A stretch of DNA of 64,000 nucleotides from Takakia lepidozioides (GCA_030704615.1 CM060734.1:44454001-44518000); one strand, 5' to 3'. Positions 13,774 to 26,921 are shown, numbered from the stretch's first letter. Notes: generated by a model not told the origin, from the letters alone. Translations and numbers: made by a program.

Positions 13774-13828
13774 AACCCTAATAGGGAGGGTATAAAGGAG
13801 GCAGGGCAGCACCCTAGCTTCCTCTCTT
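13774..13828 (+). promoter_or_regulatory. RPLP0 core promoter: telo-box-like AACCCTAA (13774), TATAAA (13791) and a pyrimidine-rich TOP-like start (13818-13828). Probable 5'UTR intron 13840-14056
   Basis: Motifs seen directly, in the order and spacing typical of plant ribosomal-protein genes; GT at 13840 and TTCAG acceptor 22 nt before the ATG. Confidence 0.55.
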
Positions 13829-14078
13829 GCGGCTGCGAAGTGCGCTCTCTCTCGGTCTCTCTCGCGTACATACATCGAGGGGTTAAACGGCAGCACTGCC
13901 CGCCTTGCCAGGGACGACAACCCAGGCTTGGCCCCCGTTGTTCTTGTCATTTTTTTAGTTCGATATTGCAAGGGGTTGCTTCTTTGTAGAAGTTTTCAAT
14001 CCGTTTTTGGGGTTTAGGATCTCGGGAGAGAAACTCTATCTCTGTGTTTGGTTCAGGTCGGTGAGGATCTAGTAAAAA

Positions 14079-16927
14079 ATGGGGTTCAAGGGTACAAAGC
14101 AGGAGAAGAAGGTCGCGTACGACAAGAAGCTGTGTGATCTGCTGGAGGAGTTCTCGCAGGTGTTGGTGTGTGCGGCTGATAATGTCGGGTCCACACAGCT
14201 GCAAGGGATTCGCAGGGGGTTGAGACCCGAGTCTGTGGTGCTCATGGGCAAGAATACTATGATGAAGCGGTCCATCCGTATCCATGCGGAGAAGACTGGT
14301 AACGACGCCTACCTCAACCTTCTACCCCTTCTTGTGGTATGTCCCAGCTTCCCGCTCTTGCATATAAAGTTAAGTACAATGCTTGTGCGTTCGTAGCAGT
14401 GTCTCGATTGTGAACCACAGATGAATGTCAGAGGGCATCGCAACTGACATCGCAACAGATCCTTTATAGAATCTGATCACTCGGGTGAGCTGCTGAGGAC
14501 TCTGGGAACAGTGTTCTTCTTGCTTGCGAGTAAGGGGAAAGGAAGAAGTGAGATGATGAACATGTATAACCTAATGGTTTGAATGCCGCAATGATGGCAT
14601 CTATTGCTTCAAACTTTCTGATCACTTTTTCCTCTCATCGTTAAGCAGTTACAAAGGTTTGGGTGAGTCTCAGAGAGGAGAGATGTGAATGAGGCCCTGT
14701 GTGTGATTGTGCCGATTTCCCCTCAAGCGTTTTTATCTCTGACTCAACACTATTCAGGAATGTCATCAGTGAGGTTGTTTAGCTGAAGGAGGGTTACTCC
14801 TATCACCTCTTTTTAGCTCATTGTCATTATATCTCGTACTAAAACTTGGTGCCACTGTATATTAAATTCTCAATATTATTAGTTCCACCTCCATCCATTG
14901 GACTCCTTTCTATTACTTGATTCGGTGTGTTTGTTCCTAATATTCACCATAAAATGGGGAAAAGGAGGCCAAGAGATATGATGAGTTAAATTCCCTATTG
15001 GTTTGACTGCCAGAATGATGGCACATATTTTTAGAACTGCTGATCTCTCTTGCCTCTTTTTGTCCAACTACGTTTTTCGCTGGTGTGGTTTTTTGATTAA
15101 TTTGTTCAAATGTTGTCAAAGTGGTATTGGACGTTGTGAGTTGTGGAACAACTTCTCTTTAATTGGGTTCTTGTGGTGATCGCTTGGTGCATATCTGTCT
15201 TTGACTCTGTGCCACACATTGTTTAGTCATTCGGATTCACCCTTAGTGTGTTGTCCAGTTCTGCTGTTTTTTTGTTTGTGCTAGTTCAGCAGGTTGCAGT
15301 GATGATGCACGAATGGGGGAGGTAAGGAGTGTTGCTCAGATGTTATTGCACATTTAGGAAAATATCTGAAACACCTTTGATTTATGACTGACATAGTCCT
15401 TTGCACTCAGTGTACATCTGAGCAGTTTTCCTTATCTTTTTTGTGAAAATTCTACTCTTCTCTTAGGGTTGTCACAACTCCGTTGGTCTGTTTCCATTAG
15501 CCTGTTGGAAGCCTTTTTACCAAGGAGTCAGGTGCGCTTTCTTCCTAATATGAGTTCAGGGCCTCATTCTTCTTGGAGTCTCTGGCATTCTTTTTTCTGT
15601 ATGTTGTTCATAGAATGGTTCGGAGCAGATTATGGCAGGTCATAAGATTCAATTGATATTGTTTTCATGTACAGTTGCACTAGGGTTTCTCTCTAGGAAG
15701 GTTAACCAAGTGATGATGTATGGCAGGGTAATGTTGGGCTTATTTTTACCAAAGGTGATTTGAAGGAAGTAAGGGAGGAGGTTGCCAAATATGTGGTATG
15801 TTTTTGTATCTTCCATGCGTGTGGCCAAAAGCACTGCTCAATTGTGTTGATGTACATGTAGGTGAAAGGATCGTAACCTGTACATCTGCTATGGGGTACA
15901 TCTGCTATGGGCCTAGCCAGTTGTATTATCTCAGCAGTCATTGAAGGTTACTGCAAGGACTGGCTTGCAACACCTGGGTCCACATGTATTTTATCTTCGT
16001 GTGATTGTTGTTGTAGGTTGGAGCTCCTGCTCGCGTGGGACTTGTGGCCCCCATTGACGTTGTAGTGCCGCCTGGAAACACTGGGCTGGATCCTTCCCAA
16101 ACTTCTTTCTTTCAGGTATGGATGGTACAGCTGTGTCATCTATCTTGTCCATATTAATCTGGACTTTTTGTGTATCTCATGGGCCTCATCCGTACACTTT
16201 GCTAACTCTTTGCTAATTGACTTGACTACTGCCAGGTTCTGAACATACCTACCAAAATCAACAAGGGAACTGTTGAGATCATTGCTCCAGTTGAACTGAT
16301 TCGAAAAGGAGAGAAGGTGGGTTCGTCAGAGGCTGCACTGTTGGCCAAGCTGGCTATCCGCCCTTTTTCATATGGGCTGGTTGTCCAGAAGGTCTATGAC
16401 AATGGCTCTGCATTTGATCCTGCTGTCCTTGACCTGACTGAAGATGACTTGGCGGAGAAATTTGCTGCTGGAATTTCAACTGTGGCGGCCCTCTCCTTGG
16501 GCATTGGCTACCCAACTCTGGCTGCGGCTCCGCACTTCTTTGTGAATTCATACAAGAATGTGTTGGCTGTAGCTGTTGCGACTGAGTACTCATTCCCACA
16601 GGCTGACTCAATCAAGGAATATCTGAAGGTCAGTGTTTTGCTATTTGGAAATTTGAAATGTATCTTTTTGTCGGAGGATCCTGTCATACATGACATCTTG
16701 CTCATTTGAATGAGCCTTTCCCTCTTTTTCTGAGACGGTTTTAACAACAAGAAAGTCACTCATCACGGGAAGTGTGTTTACAGGATCCCTCAAAGTTTGC
16801 AGTGACAGCTGAACCAGTGGCAGCAGCCACCTCAGCATCCTCTGCACCAGCTGCAGAGGAAAAGGTAGAAGAAAAAGAGAAGGAAGAGGAATCTGATGAT
16901 GATATGGGTTTTAGCCTTTTTGAGTAG
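14079..16927 (+). CDS. RPLP0: 60S acidic ribosomal protein P0 (uL10), 5 exons: 14079-14336, 15727-15795, 16017-16115, 16236-16628, 16784-16927 (320 aa)
   Basis: [86 protein letters not shown]-terminal [14 protein letters not shown]; all introns GT-AG, phase 0. Confidence 0.97.
14546..14627 (+). ncRNA. Intronic box C/D snoRNA copy A; D-box guide predicted to target 18S rRNA GGAAGUUUGAGGCAAUA
   Basis: C ATGATGA 14553-59, D' TTGA 14579-82, C' ATGATGG 14591-97, D CTGA 14618-21, terminal stem aagtga/tcactt. Guide tattgcttcaaactt is complementary (one G-U) to the conserved 18S segment recalled from memory. Confidence 0.85.
14965..15056 (+). ncRNA. Intronic box C/D snoRNA copy B; D' guide predicted to target 25S rRNA ACCAAUAGGGAA
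   Basis: C ATGATGA 14978-84, guide ttccctattggt 14991-15002, D' TTGA 15003-06, C' ATGATGG 15015-21, D CTGA 15040-43, flanking stem gaggc(c)aagaga/tctcttgcctc. Confidence 0.87.
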
Positions 16928-17099
16928 GTTTACCCAGTTCATGTTGCACAAAGTATCCAGGAGTGAGTTTTCAGCAGGGAGAGGTAAATTGAGTTCATGG
17001 TTTGTGTGGATGATGACTTACTCTGCAAGATAGTAAATTCATGATACAATCTCATATCTCAAAATTGATTTGCAGCTGCGTTTGACAGTCCATGTATCA

Positions 17100-19600
17100 C
17101 TTGTCTTGTTTAGAAGTGTCGTGAGAGATCGAGGTCACGGGACTCAACTAGAAGATATGCATGAAAAAATGTCGAAACATTCCCATGGTAATTCATCGTG
17201 ATATATAAAGATGACGGAGAAACCTTTAAGAGAATGTCTTGAAATTTTGGATGTTAATCCCTAAACGCCCAGTAGCCCGTTTCGGGCTTTTGGGTTTTAA
17301 AAAATCTGAAAAATTTGTATTTGCCATGGAATTCTGTGAAAAAAAATATAGTATTCTGGGGCATCTAGCACACCAAGATTCATTGCCTGATTGCCCCGGA
17401 TCTGCCAAGTTGCAAAGAGATCTTATCACGCAAGTAGAGGGGTCACGATTTGATAAAGATAATTCTCGTTGTTTCATTCTTCACACGTGTGTGGGAGAGG
17501 GAGAGAAAAAGGGATTTTCCCAGGTTTGACCAAGTGGCAATATCACATGCATTGGCCAAATTGGATACTTTTTGGCTTGTTGGATGAAGGATCTCAAGAG
17601 GATGAAACCTTGCTAATTTCGCCTCAATCCCATTTGATCCCGTCACCCAAATCTTTAAAAAAACTACCAAAAATGGATATGTTTCTCAAAAGGGCCCCAA
17701 TAATGGAGCCCATATTCCACGGTGGCATTTTGTGGATCTGGGGTTGATTGGCCTCAAATTCGGCATGTGGATGCACGAGGAAGGTACGCACCTAATGTGC
17801 GGTCAAGTTCATTTTCTGAAAGTTACACCTTTTTTTCACTTAAAGGGTCATGTTTTCTAAGAAAGTCAAACTATGGCACACGTTTAAGGGTTAAAGGGCT
17901 TTCAGTGGACTGTTTCTTTACAAATAGAGAGATAAGAAAATGATTTAACAATGTATCTAATGTCAAAAACAGTGTTAGGTCGGACAATTCAACTCTACAG
18001 TTAAAATTCAGCATATGGTAGAGATTAACCCCTAAAGGACAAGGGCCAAGTTTTTGCCAAGAGCTCAAAAACTGGACCCCGACCCTCTAAAACATTTATA
18101 TCTTGAGATTTACTAAGGCCCTGCAAAACTGACCGTTGGAATATACTCTCAACTACCCCACCTACGACCACAAAAATCCCTGTCTAAAGTGCTGCTAAGA
18201 AAACAAAAACATCAAGTAAATAGGGAAAAAAAAGTGCTTTTTCTATCGAATTTCCCATCTGCAAACTGGTCTGACATGACACTCTCCAGAATCTGGTGCC
18301 CTGTCATATTAGACACCTTCCCTGCAAATTTCATCTTTTTCTGACATAATCTCAGGTGGGCTGCTTTGTATGCTAAAAAATGGGGGGTCAAATTTGGGGT
18401 TTTCCTTCGGGCAGGCAAAAAGGTTTGTTCAGAAAATTGAGGAAAACTTTTGAGCCGTTAATTTGACAATCGCTCCGGTGGGAATGTTGTGGGTGGGTAT
18501 GGCTTTTCCTCAAAAACATTTCGGGCCAATCTGAGTCTCCTACTAGGTCTTTTTACCCCCTGCCCATGAGACTTGCAATTGCACCTATGTGGGCCTATAA
18601 TTTTTGCTCTCTTGTGGAGGGTTTTAGGGGGTGCCTCATCCTACCCGTCCCTAAATTGATCAGGCCTCCACACCTCCCAAGGCATGTCCACCCCCCACCC
18701 AGGTTCGGGCCACCCCAATGTTTATTGGGTTTTGGGGTCACCCACCCCATGCGTTCATGGGCCACCCATGCCGGAAATGTGTCCAGGGTTTCATGACGGA
18801 AAAACGAAACTCACCGGATTTCACAAAGTGGACGGAAAATGCCAACAAGATTTGAATTTGGATGAATGTGGGAGGTTTCTACGTCCATACTTCCATGAAT
18901 GATGTTGGATGAATTTGGATGAGTTAGGATGAAATTGGAGGGGTATTTGGATCTTTGAATTGCCTAAGTCCTAAGTGCACCAACTTGTCCATTTTGGCCC
19001 TAAACCCTCCCTTTGTTGCAATAGTAAAAAATGTCGAAGAAGCATCTCCCGGCAGCTCTCTAGACAACACCAAACCACGCCCGGAGCTACCATCGCCATT
19101 GATTCCAGCTTGGGGATTAGGCATGGAGATCTCCAAGGTAGGTCGGTTGCGGTGCCATTTAGGGCGTAAGTGGCGCAATAAAGGGTGTTGGGAGACATGC
19201 CACCCTGCCATGGGGCCGCATGGAATTTCACCCTAACCTGACCCTAGTTGCCATGTCATCCTCAGGGCAGGTTAGATGGTGGAAAAGGGCCTCAAAATCC
19301 GGAGTGTGGCGGACTCTACGCTCTCCACCTGGTAATTGCCGGGTCGTATGACCAATTGGGAAATACCACGTCATACCTGACTTGATTTCCGATCAAATGA
19401 GCCTATGTGGGCCCACAGGCTTAACCTCAGGGATAACCAGCCTATTTTCTAAACCCAACCCACCCAAGCTCGGTCGTTTTGACGCTTAGACTCAATTTTC
19501 GATGTTTACAAGCTCGATTTTTGGTAATTATACCCGCCATGGCGAAGATGTCATTACTCATTTACCTTATTGCCCCGAAAGGGGTGATAGATCCAAAAGG
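17100..19600. mobile_element. Unclassified non-coding, probably transposon-derived sequence
   Basis: No credible ORF; A/T- and G/C-run-rich composition typical of non-autonomous DNA transposon interiors; no TIR/TSD pair identified. Confidence 0.3.
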
Positions 19601-21228
19601 TTTACACCTGATGCCTTGCCACTCTAGGTACCTTGTATCCACATTGGCAGACAATTCTGTATTTAAGTTATGCCTGGTATGCATCTATTCACTCTTTCAG
19701 GTTTGTGCAGGAGACTTGCGGGAGGATGTTCACATCATGATGGTGTGTCTGTGTACAGGAGAGTCACACCAACCAGTGTTAGCAATCATCACTGTCACTG
19801 GCAAATCTGCACTACAAAAGGCCACTAATCTTATGCTTGGCACTTTCATAGGAATCATGGTTGTGATTGCAACTTTTGTTTACCAACTACGCCACTCTTG
19901 ATTGTACACAGTGTACACCCATGCCATGGATCTCTTACTAGCAATGATACTTGAATATGTGTTAGATTCGGGTGCCCCAGAAGTGATACCTAACGTCCAG
20001 GCAGACCAGAACAAGTGGGTTTGCACTGAATTTTTGCAGAGAACACGTGGGTTTGCAGGGAATTTTTAGGTAGGGGTGTAGTAATCAATCTACCACCAGT
20101 AAAAATGTGACTCGGGAAACTATTGCACCGGCCCAGACAGTGCTAATACTGTTGCAAAGTGTTGCAAATTCGACTTGTGTTAGATCCTCTACTAGGGGTC
20201 TTCTGATTCCTGTGCAGTTTGGTCTCTTCACCCACCAGACTACTGGAGACTCCCCTGATGTCTGGCCCTCCCCATTATGGGACAGGACGATAGGACGAGG
20301 ATATTAATTGGAAGCACAAGAAGAAAAGTGATTAGAAACTAAAGAAATCTCCATCCCTCTTCCTTTAAATTGTTTTTTTTTAATAAAAAGACTCATTAGG
20401 TAGTATTAATTTATTAATCTAAATCTATTAATCTTCTTCTATGGCTACAAGAACATGGTTTTTTGATAAGGCATTTGTAAATAAAAGCATAGTAACATGA
20501 CTGGAGACATAGAAGTTGGATGCCAAAGCTGGGATGGATCATGTCATGGTTGTGTTCCCATGGAACCGGAACATCCCAACCGGGACGGTGATTTCTGCCT
20601 GCGTCTACATCGTCCTAGACCCAGGGCCCAGAGCCCCCATAAGACAAAAGCACGGAGGATGGCATGGCCTGTCTTCCACTTGCCTTCTCAACTTCCATGA
20701 AATGTGACTAGGCCCAGTAGCAAGCAGTCTCGCCAAGCCGGAGGGACTCTTTGACGTACAAGTACCTGCACCCTACAGTCCCTACTTGTCTTCATGTGAT
20801 GGCAAACTGTCCTTTCAATTCCAGTGATAAAAAGCTGCTCCCATACAACTAAAAATCCACATTCCAATCAATCCTACTCAAGATACTCACTCAATCATTA
20901 TGTTGTACAAAAACATTTGTCCCCTTTAACCCAAGGATGTGCCTAAACCCTAAACCCTTCCTCTGCGTAAAGCAATGAGATGATTACACAGGGGTGTGCA
21001 TTACACAGAGTATGATCGGCACTGTGCATTATACTTTTTTGTAATGCCCTCATACTCGTGGCTGCCTATTACGCTGTATGGCGGAACAATATTAACGAAG
21101 AGAAATCAGGCCCAGTTCTTTACTTTTATTCAAGGCTGTGGTGAATTAACCAATGCGATAGCAAAGAGCAGAAAAGAGCAGTGAATGTGACATGTAATGT
21201 TGGAATGCCCACCGCAAGGTCTTCCTCA

Positions 21229-24200
21229 TCAAGAAGTACGGCTTCTAACCAACATTGGAAATCCATCTTTGGGGATGAAGGTCCTTTTCAGTTTGTAGTT
21301 GTCTCGGACTTCATCAGCTCCCAACCGATCCCACCTGCCAAGCCGAGTCTAGTACATGTGTGAAAATGCTGAAGACAACAAATGCATGCTGATATGTACT
21401 GTCTCTTGGGCATGTCATCGAGAATGGGTCCTTTGCAACACATTACAAAAAGCCAGATATAAATGAATGGTTATTATAAATGATTTATCAATCATTTGTA
21501 TTATCAATCACGAGCAAAGAGGCACTTATCTATGCTAACTAAGGTTAGCATCATATATATATATACAATATGAGCACAGATACTATTTTACATTTCCATG
21601 CGAGCAATATATTGCCTTATGGCCTCCCGTCTTGGCTATTTTTTCCAAGACACCTTTTTAATATGAATTACAGGGCCTGACCAGATATAGTTATTAAAAA
21701 AAAAGAGCACATAATGCAACATTACATCACCAATCACTATACAAAACTTGTAATTACTGCATAACAATAAACATGTTACCTGCATTTGGCCACAAGGTGG
21801 TGTACCACAAAGAGGAATACCGCTCGTGCTACGTCTTGTCCTGGGCATGAGTGTGCGCCGGCTCCGAAAGGAAAAAATGTGTTGGGTTTGAGAGGTGTCT
21901 GTTATGGTAATACACAAATAAATTACATTTGGATACACTACAAAAAGCTAAATGACTTGGGCAAATTTGTTAAATGCTTACATGATATAATTGAAGTTGA
22001 GAAAATGCAACAACACCAACAGTCAGTCAGTCGCTCGGTTGGATAGTGCACTGAGTGCCACCCAGATAATTTTGGGGGTCAAATCCTGCTACCTTGACGG
22101 ATGTGGTATATTCTTCTCCCCCTTCCCTGGGTGTACCATTTGGCGCCTTCATGGCAATTTCCTCTCACTATTAAGGGGCATGATTTGTGAGCTGTCGCTG
22201 CCAGGCATCCCTTAAAAATAAAATAAAAAGCAAAAGAAGCAACAACAATACATGTCTTTAGATTATCATACTTAATTACTATAACACCAGTGGCAATTTA
22301 GATACCTACTAAAGTAACATAATATATATTTATTTATTTATTTATTTATATTTAGAACAGTCAGCAAACTGTGAAAAGGCAGTGAGGGGAGGTTAAATGA
22401 AAGGTTAAATGAAAGGGTTGATAGTGTAATGTGCTGTATAATTTCAAGTAACTTTATGTTATAGGGCCCACCCCTGTAAAGGGGCAGTAGCCACAAGGCA
22501 AAGTGGCTCTTAGTTACGCGAGCCCCGGCCGGAGTCTTCTCTCTAACTTTGTGTTAAAATATTTACTATTAGTGTTTTAAATATTCTTTTTACTAGATAT
22601 TACGTTATTCTACTAGACACACATTATCATTTCCTAGCATGTTGAAAATTCCTAATTGACATGACTCACCACAACACCGTCACACCAATGAAAGCTTTGG
22701 ACACACCTAAAGGATAGTTGCCCACATATTCTCCATTGCCTTCACAATCATGCAAAGTCTGTGTCCTTAAGGGGCATAGCCACCAAATACACAACATGCA
22801 CAACACACTGAAGAGTTTTGGATAGAAACATACTTGGAACCTAGATGGGTTGAACATCAGTGGGTCTGGATAAATATTTGGGTCTGTATGAACAGAAGCT
22901 AATGCTCCCCATACCAACGAACCTTTTGGAATTTCGTAGCCTGCAGTCACATGTTATGATGTGCACTCACAAGTCACATATAGAAACATGAGATGCATGG
23001 ATTGAGCTTTGTACTAAACAAGTGAAATAGATATAGCAATAATTTTATAACTTCAGATTCTCCATTGTATCATGATCAAATTTATTGAAATTACATGTAT
23101 GTGTGTCATACTTGTAGAGGACTTGTACATCCAGAACTGTCTGCCTATGGTGAAATATGGGAATAAGAGCGAGACTCTAGGCTGTGGTGACTTCATATAC
23201 ATCCGAGCTGCACCAAAAAATTCACCATTGTGCAACCTTTTTTTTGGTTCTAAGTTCAAACTGATCATCTTACATTTGAAGTTATCAATAATTTAATAGC
23301 AATTATATGATATATATGAACCAAATTTACCTTTAAAAGTAACAGTTTCGGCAGCTTGTCTTGATAGCAATAAGCCGAATGAATGAAGCCGCAAAACCTC
23401 ATCAATTACCTAGAGGTCACATTGTTGCACACATGTGCGTCTTAAAATACATGTAAATAGACAAGTTTGCATTTCAAATACACAGTAACAAAGAGGACAG
23501 AAATGACTCTTGACCTTCGTCCACATGTATCACAATTGGAAATGTCCATGCTCCAAACGTAAGTCGAATAAAAAACATTTTATAATATGGATGTAGAATA
23601 CGTACCTGTACTGTAAGAGGCATGGATGATTTTATGTTGAACCATTGCAAAGAGTGATCCTCCAGCATTTTCTTTTGTACTCCATCCTGCTCTGACTGTG
23701 CAATCATTGTACACACCATACCAAGCAAGCATTGAGATGTAACAACTTGGACTGTGATTTATGATCCAATTCATGTTCACATTGATGAAATACATTCATT
23801 ATTCAAGAGCCCAGTAAGTCATTTTAGGTTTCACTGGGTTGTAATTTGGAGACTTCCACTTAGTCTTCAAATGCTTATAATAAGCAAAATCTGAACTGAG
23901 ATATGTTATGCCATCAAATGTTGATATGATTTTGTTGGCAACAATACCTGAATGGATTCTCGCACTCTTGGATAGTCGTGAAGATACTTGATAAGCCATG
24001 GAAGCACACTTGATACTGTAAACATGAATGTAAAGAAAACGCCAAAGATAATGCAAGCCATGTCATAATGTGAATAGTTGTGGGTCTTATCCGCCTTATC
24101 CGCCATTATGAAGCCTAAAAGGTCTTTTCGTTGGCATCCTTCTTCAATCCTCTTTGTTATGCATTTCTGAATGCGGCCAATAAATGCTTCCCGGGCCTGC

Positions 24201-25807
24201 ATAATATGACCACAAATAGAAGAAACCATCCTTTCAGGCAACACCAACACATACAACCAATTTGTATCCAAACCACGGCTGAACAATGAGTAACAAAAAT
24301 CATGTACGATAACCCCTCAACAGTCACATTCAAGAAGAGCAACGGGACACCCCAAGATTGAAGAGAGTGACTAGGATGGTGAAGGGGAGCATCACCTGGA
24401 ATGCCTTGTAGTAGGCGAAAGGGGGAAGATTGATTGGTACACTCATCAACCCTCTTTTAATCATCTCCACCTCTTCTTGCACACCCTCTAGTTCTTTGTC
24501 TGCCGTCTCCGTCCACCCAAGGTCCATAAACGTAAGAATGGTAAACTGCAAAAACACCACGCAAAAAATGTTTAGTATCAGCAAGACTGGCTTGTATAAT
24601 GCTCAATGCATGACAAACTGCTGCTGCTAAATTAACTCAGTTGAAAGATTCATGGGCTTTCGTGTGGAGGTACCGTAAGTGTCTCCTGAACTGCATTCAC
24701 TCTCCCCATCTGTATCCAAGACTCAACTGCTTCACACGCTCGGCGGTTGATATGGGGGAAACTGTTTCGGAGATTCTGACCCGAGAATACTCCCAATGTC
24801 ATCTTATAGGCATAAACTTTTGCAGCCAATAGTTCTTCGTCGGTAACGTTTTTTCGGAACGCTAGCTCCAACACAAATTTTGGGTACTTCACAGGGAGTG
24901 CACGGGCAGATGAAGCGAGAAACTTGATAGACTCAGGAGAGTTCAAGACGATGATGGGGTAGCCCAATATTGACATTCGGTAAAGCTCTCCACATCTGCA
25001 GGCAGGGTCCATCCACGTCATAATTGGTTCGTCTACAAGAAAATCCACGCACAGTGCAATTTTAAATTTTAGTGAACTCCCTGCTGGGACTAACTGGGGA
25101 CCTATACAGACAAAATGGGAAGAACCGTCGGGTTTGTGCGGCAGTCGGAGATCTCTAGGCTCCAAGGCTTGCGGACTGTGCTTCTTAGTACCCCTCACTT
25201 GAGCACATACATTCCGGCGATCTCAAGAGAGATACTCTAGAGAAGCTTTACAGTGTCGGCACTAAATAATAATAAAAATACCTTTCTCCGAAGTTTTCAT
25301 AAATTTCCACCTTACATGTTCAATTTTCAGATTCTTAATTTCAAAAACACATCACACAACTCCTTCATTGTGTTGAAATTTTGAGATTCAGCAATGGCAT
25401 GTCTATATTTTTTCTAGTCAAATAAATATTCGGCACTCAAGTACCAGGCTCATCTGATAGCTATACTCACGAACGAAATGCATGTGCATATTACCAAGAA
25501 TCTATTGGGGTCTTGACGTATATAATCCTTGCCACCAAATACGCCCCATGCATGATTCATGACTGCTTAAGAATGAAAACCTGAGAAAGCGCTCGCGGAG
25601 GAACGTATGTAATCCTTGCCACAAAATTCGAGGGCCTTCTCCAACAAAGGGCAGACTCCAGCTGATTGCAGGTACCAGCTTCACTGACTCGTCGCTTGTA
25701 ACAGTTTGTTTTCTGGAACTTTGGGATGCGAAGCTTGAAGCGAGTATTCCCAGCATCACGACCAGAGTTGCCCATGCCCATGGTGAAACGGCAACCTCAA
25801 CCTCCAT
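21229..25807 (-). CDS. Cytochrome P450, CYP85-clan-like, 9 exons: 25807-25581, 24995-24674, 24545-24396, 24196-23948, 23695-23606, 23409-23331, 22940-22834, 21898-21780, 21334-21229 (482 aa)
   Basis: N-terminal TM anchor, SLPFVGE hinge, EVLR (ExxR), GYEIPKG, FNPSRF (PERF), heme motif FGAGAHSCPG. The 150/249/90/79/107-nt exon series is the CYP85-clan pattern. 1449-nt spliced ORF with no stops. Confidence 0.93.
22016..22240 (+). mobile_element. tRNA-derived SINE in P450 intron 7
   Basis: A-box-like gtcgctcggttgg (~22030), B-box-like gggtcaaatcc (~22076), ~130-nt body, A-rich tail (ttaaaaataaaataaaaag), flanking direct repeat gcaacaaca. Confidence 0.6.
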
Positions 25808-26921
25808 CTCCCCTGGGCCAGCAACTTCCAGACTATATATCTGCAGGGAGAACCATGTATTAGAGTAAGTCATCACATTAAAGAAAACAATAAATGTCGG
25901 AGCCTCTTAGCTCAGGAGAATGTTCTTCAGAAATATACAGTTTCCAATGTTTATATTTTGCAGACACTTCTATAACTCACAGATGGAGCACACACTTTGC
26001 TAGATAGACGTAGACCTTCAGTCTGTACACCACAATGCATGACGTCGAGCACACCACAACTTCCTAAATCTGTTCAAGTCACATTAGTGAGGATAAACAC
26101 ATGGGAACGTATGATGTCTTGGACAGCTATGGGCCTTGACCTCTCAAACTTGCAATAAGTATAACTGGGGAAGAAAATTATACAGGTTAAGTGGGATCTG
26201 TCTGTAAGATAGTCTCTGCAGCACACCCTCACCTAGATGTACCACTTGATCTTCGTGATCAGGTTGCGGGAGGCTGGAAGCCCGCACTCAGGTGGAAGAG
26301 GCTTCCAGCTAAATTGAAGATCATTGATTATGTGGATATGTTTCCTACCTAGGCCCGGTGTGGCAGTGAAGGCTAGAGGTTAAAATCTGCCCACGAACCT
26401 CTTCAAAGCGTTGCTTGGAAGGCGTCGAGAGAATGCACCCTGATTGCCTAGCTCCGACCAAATGATATCCTGAAGCAGCTTCTGCAGCTTGGAGGAGGCA
26501 CGGCTCGGACTGAATGGAGAGAAGGGCTCCCGAATGAGCAGTTAAATATTATCGTACCAACTTTACCAAGTGTGGTCTCCCCGTCGTCACTATCGGGTGC
26601 CAGTCGCACGGAACTAGAGCCATCAAAGCCTAGTCCTGCTTCTGGCCTCTTGCGATTGGGAGTTACGTAGCGGCTAATAAAATCGTACGCCATTGCGACA
26701 GGGACTCCTGAGCCTAAAGTGCACGGATAAAATGGGATGGAGCTGTGAGATTCACAGCTCGGCCCTCGGGAGAGTAATGCTTGGGACACGAGGAATGCGC
26801 CCCTGCCGATTGTGCAGAGATCATTGCTTCCCAGTAATTAAACGACTTGTTCGTATGTACTAGACAATCTGCCCCCAAAATCCTGTACGTGGAGAAATGA
26901 TGACTTGTCGAAAGTTTACAC

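Noticed and set aside
14420-14480. Two CTGA boxes and gagggcatcgca with partial complementarity to 18S UGUGAUGCCCUU
   Set aside because: No proper C box, and the pairing needs two G-U in 12 bp; could be chance
26250-26900. GC-richer stretch considered as an organellar insertion or hidden gene
   Set aside because: No identifiable organellar gene or motif in any frame I read
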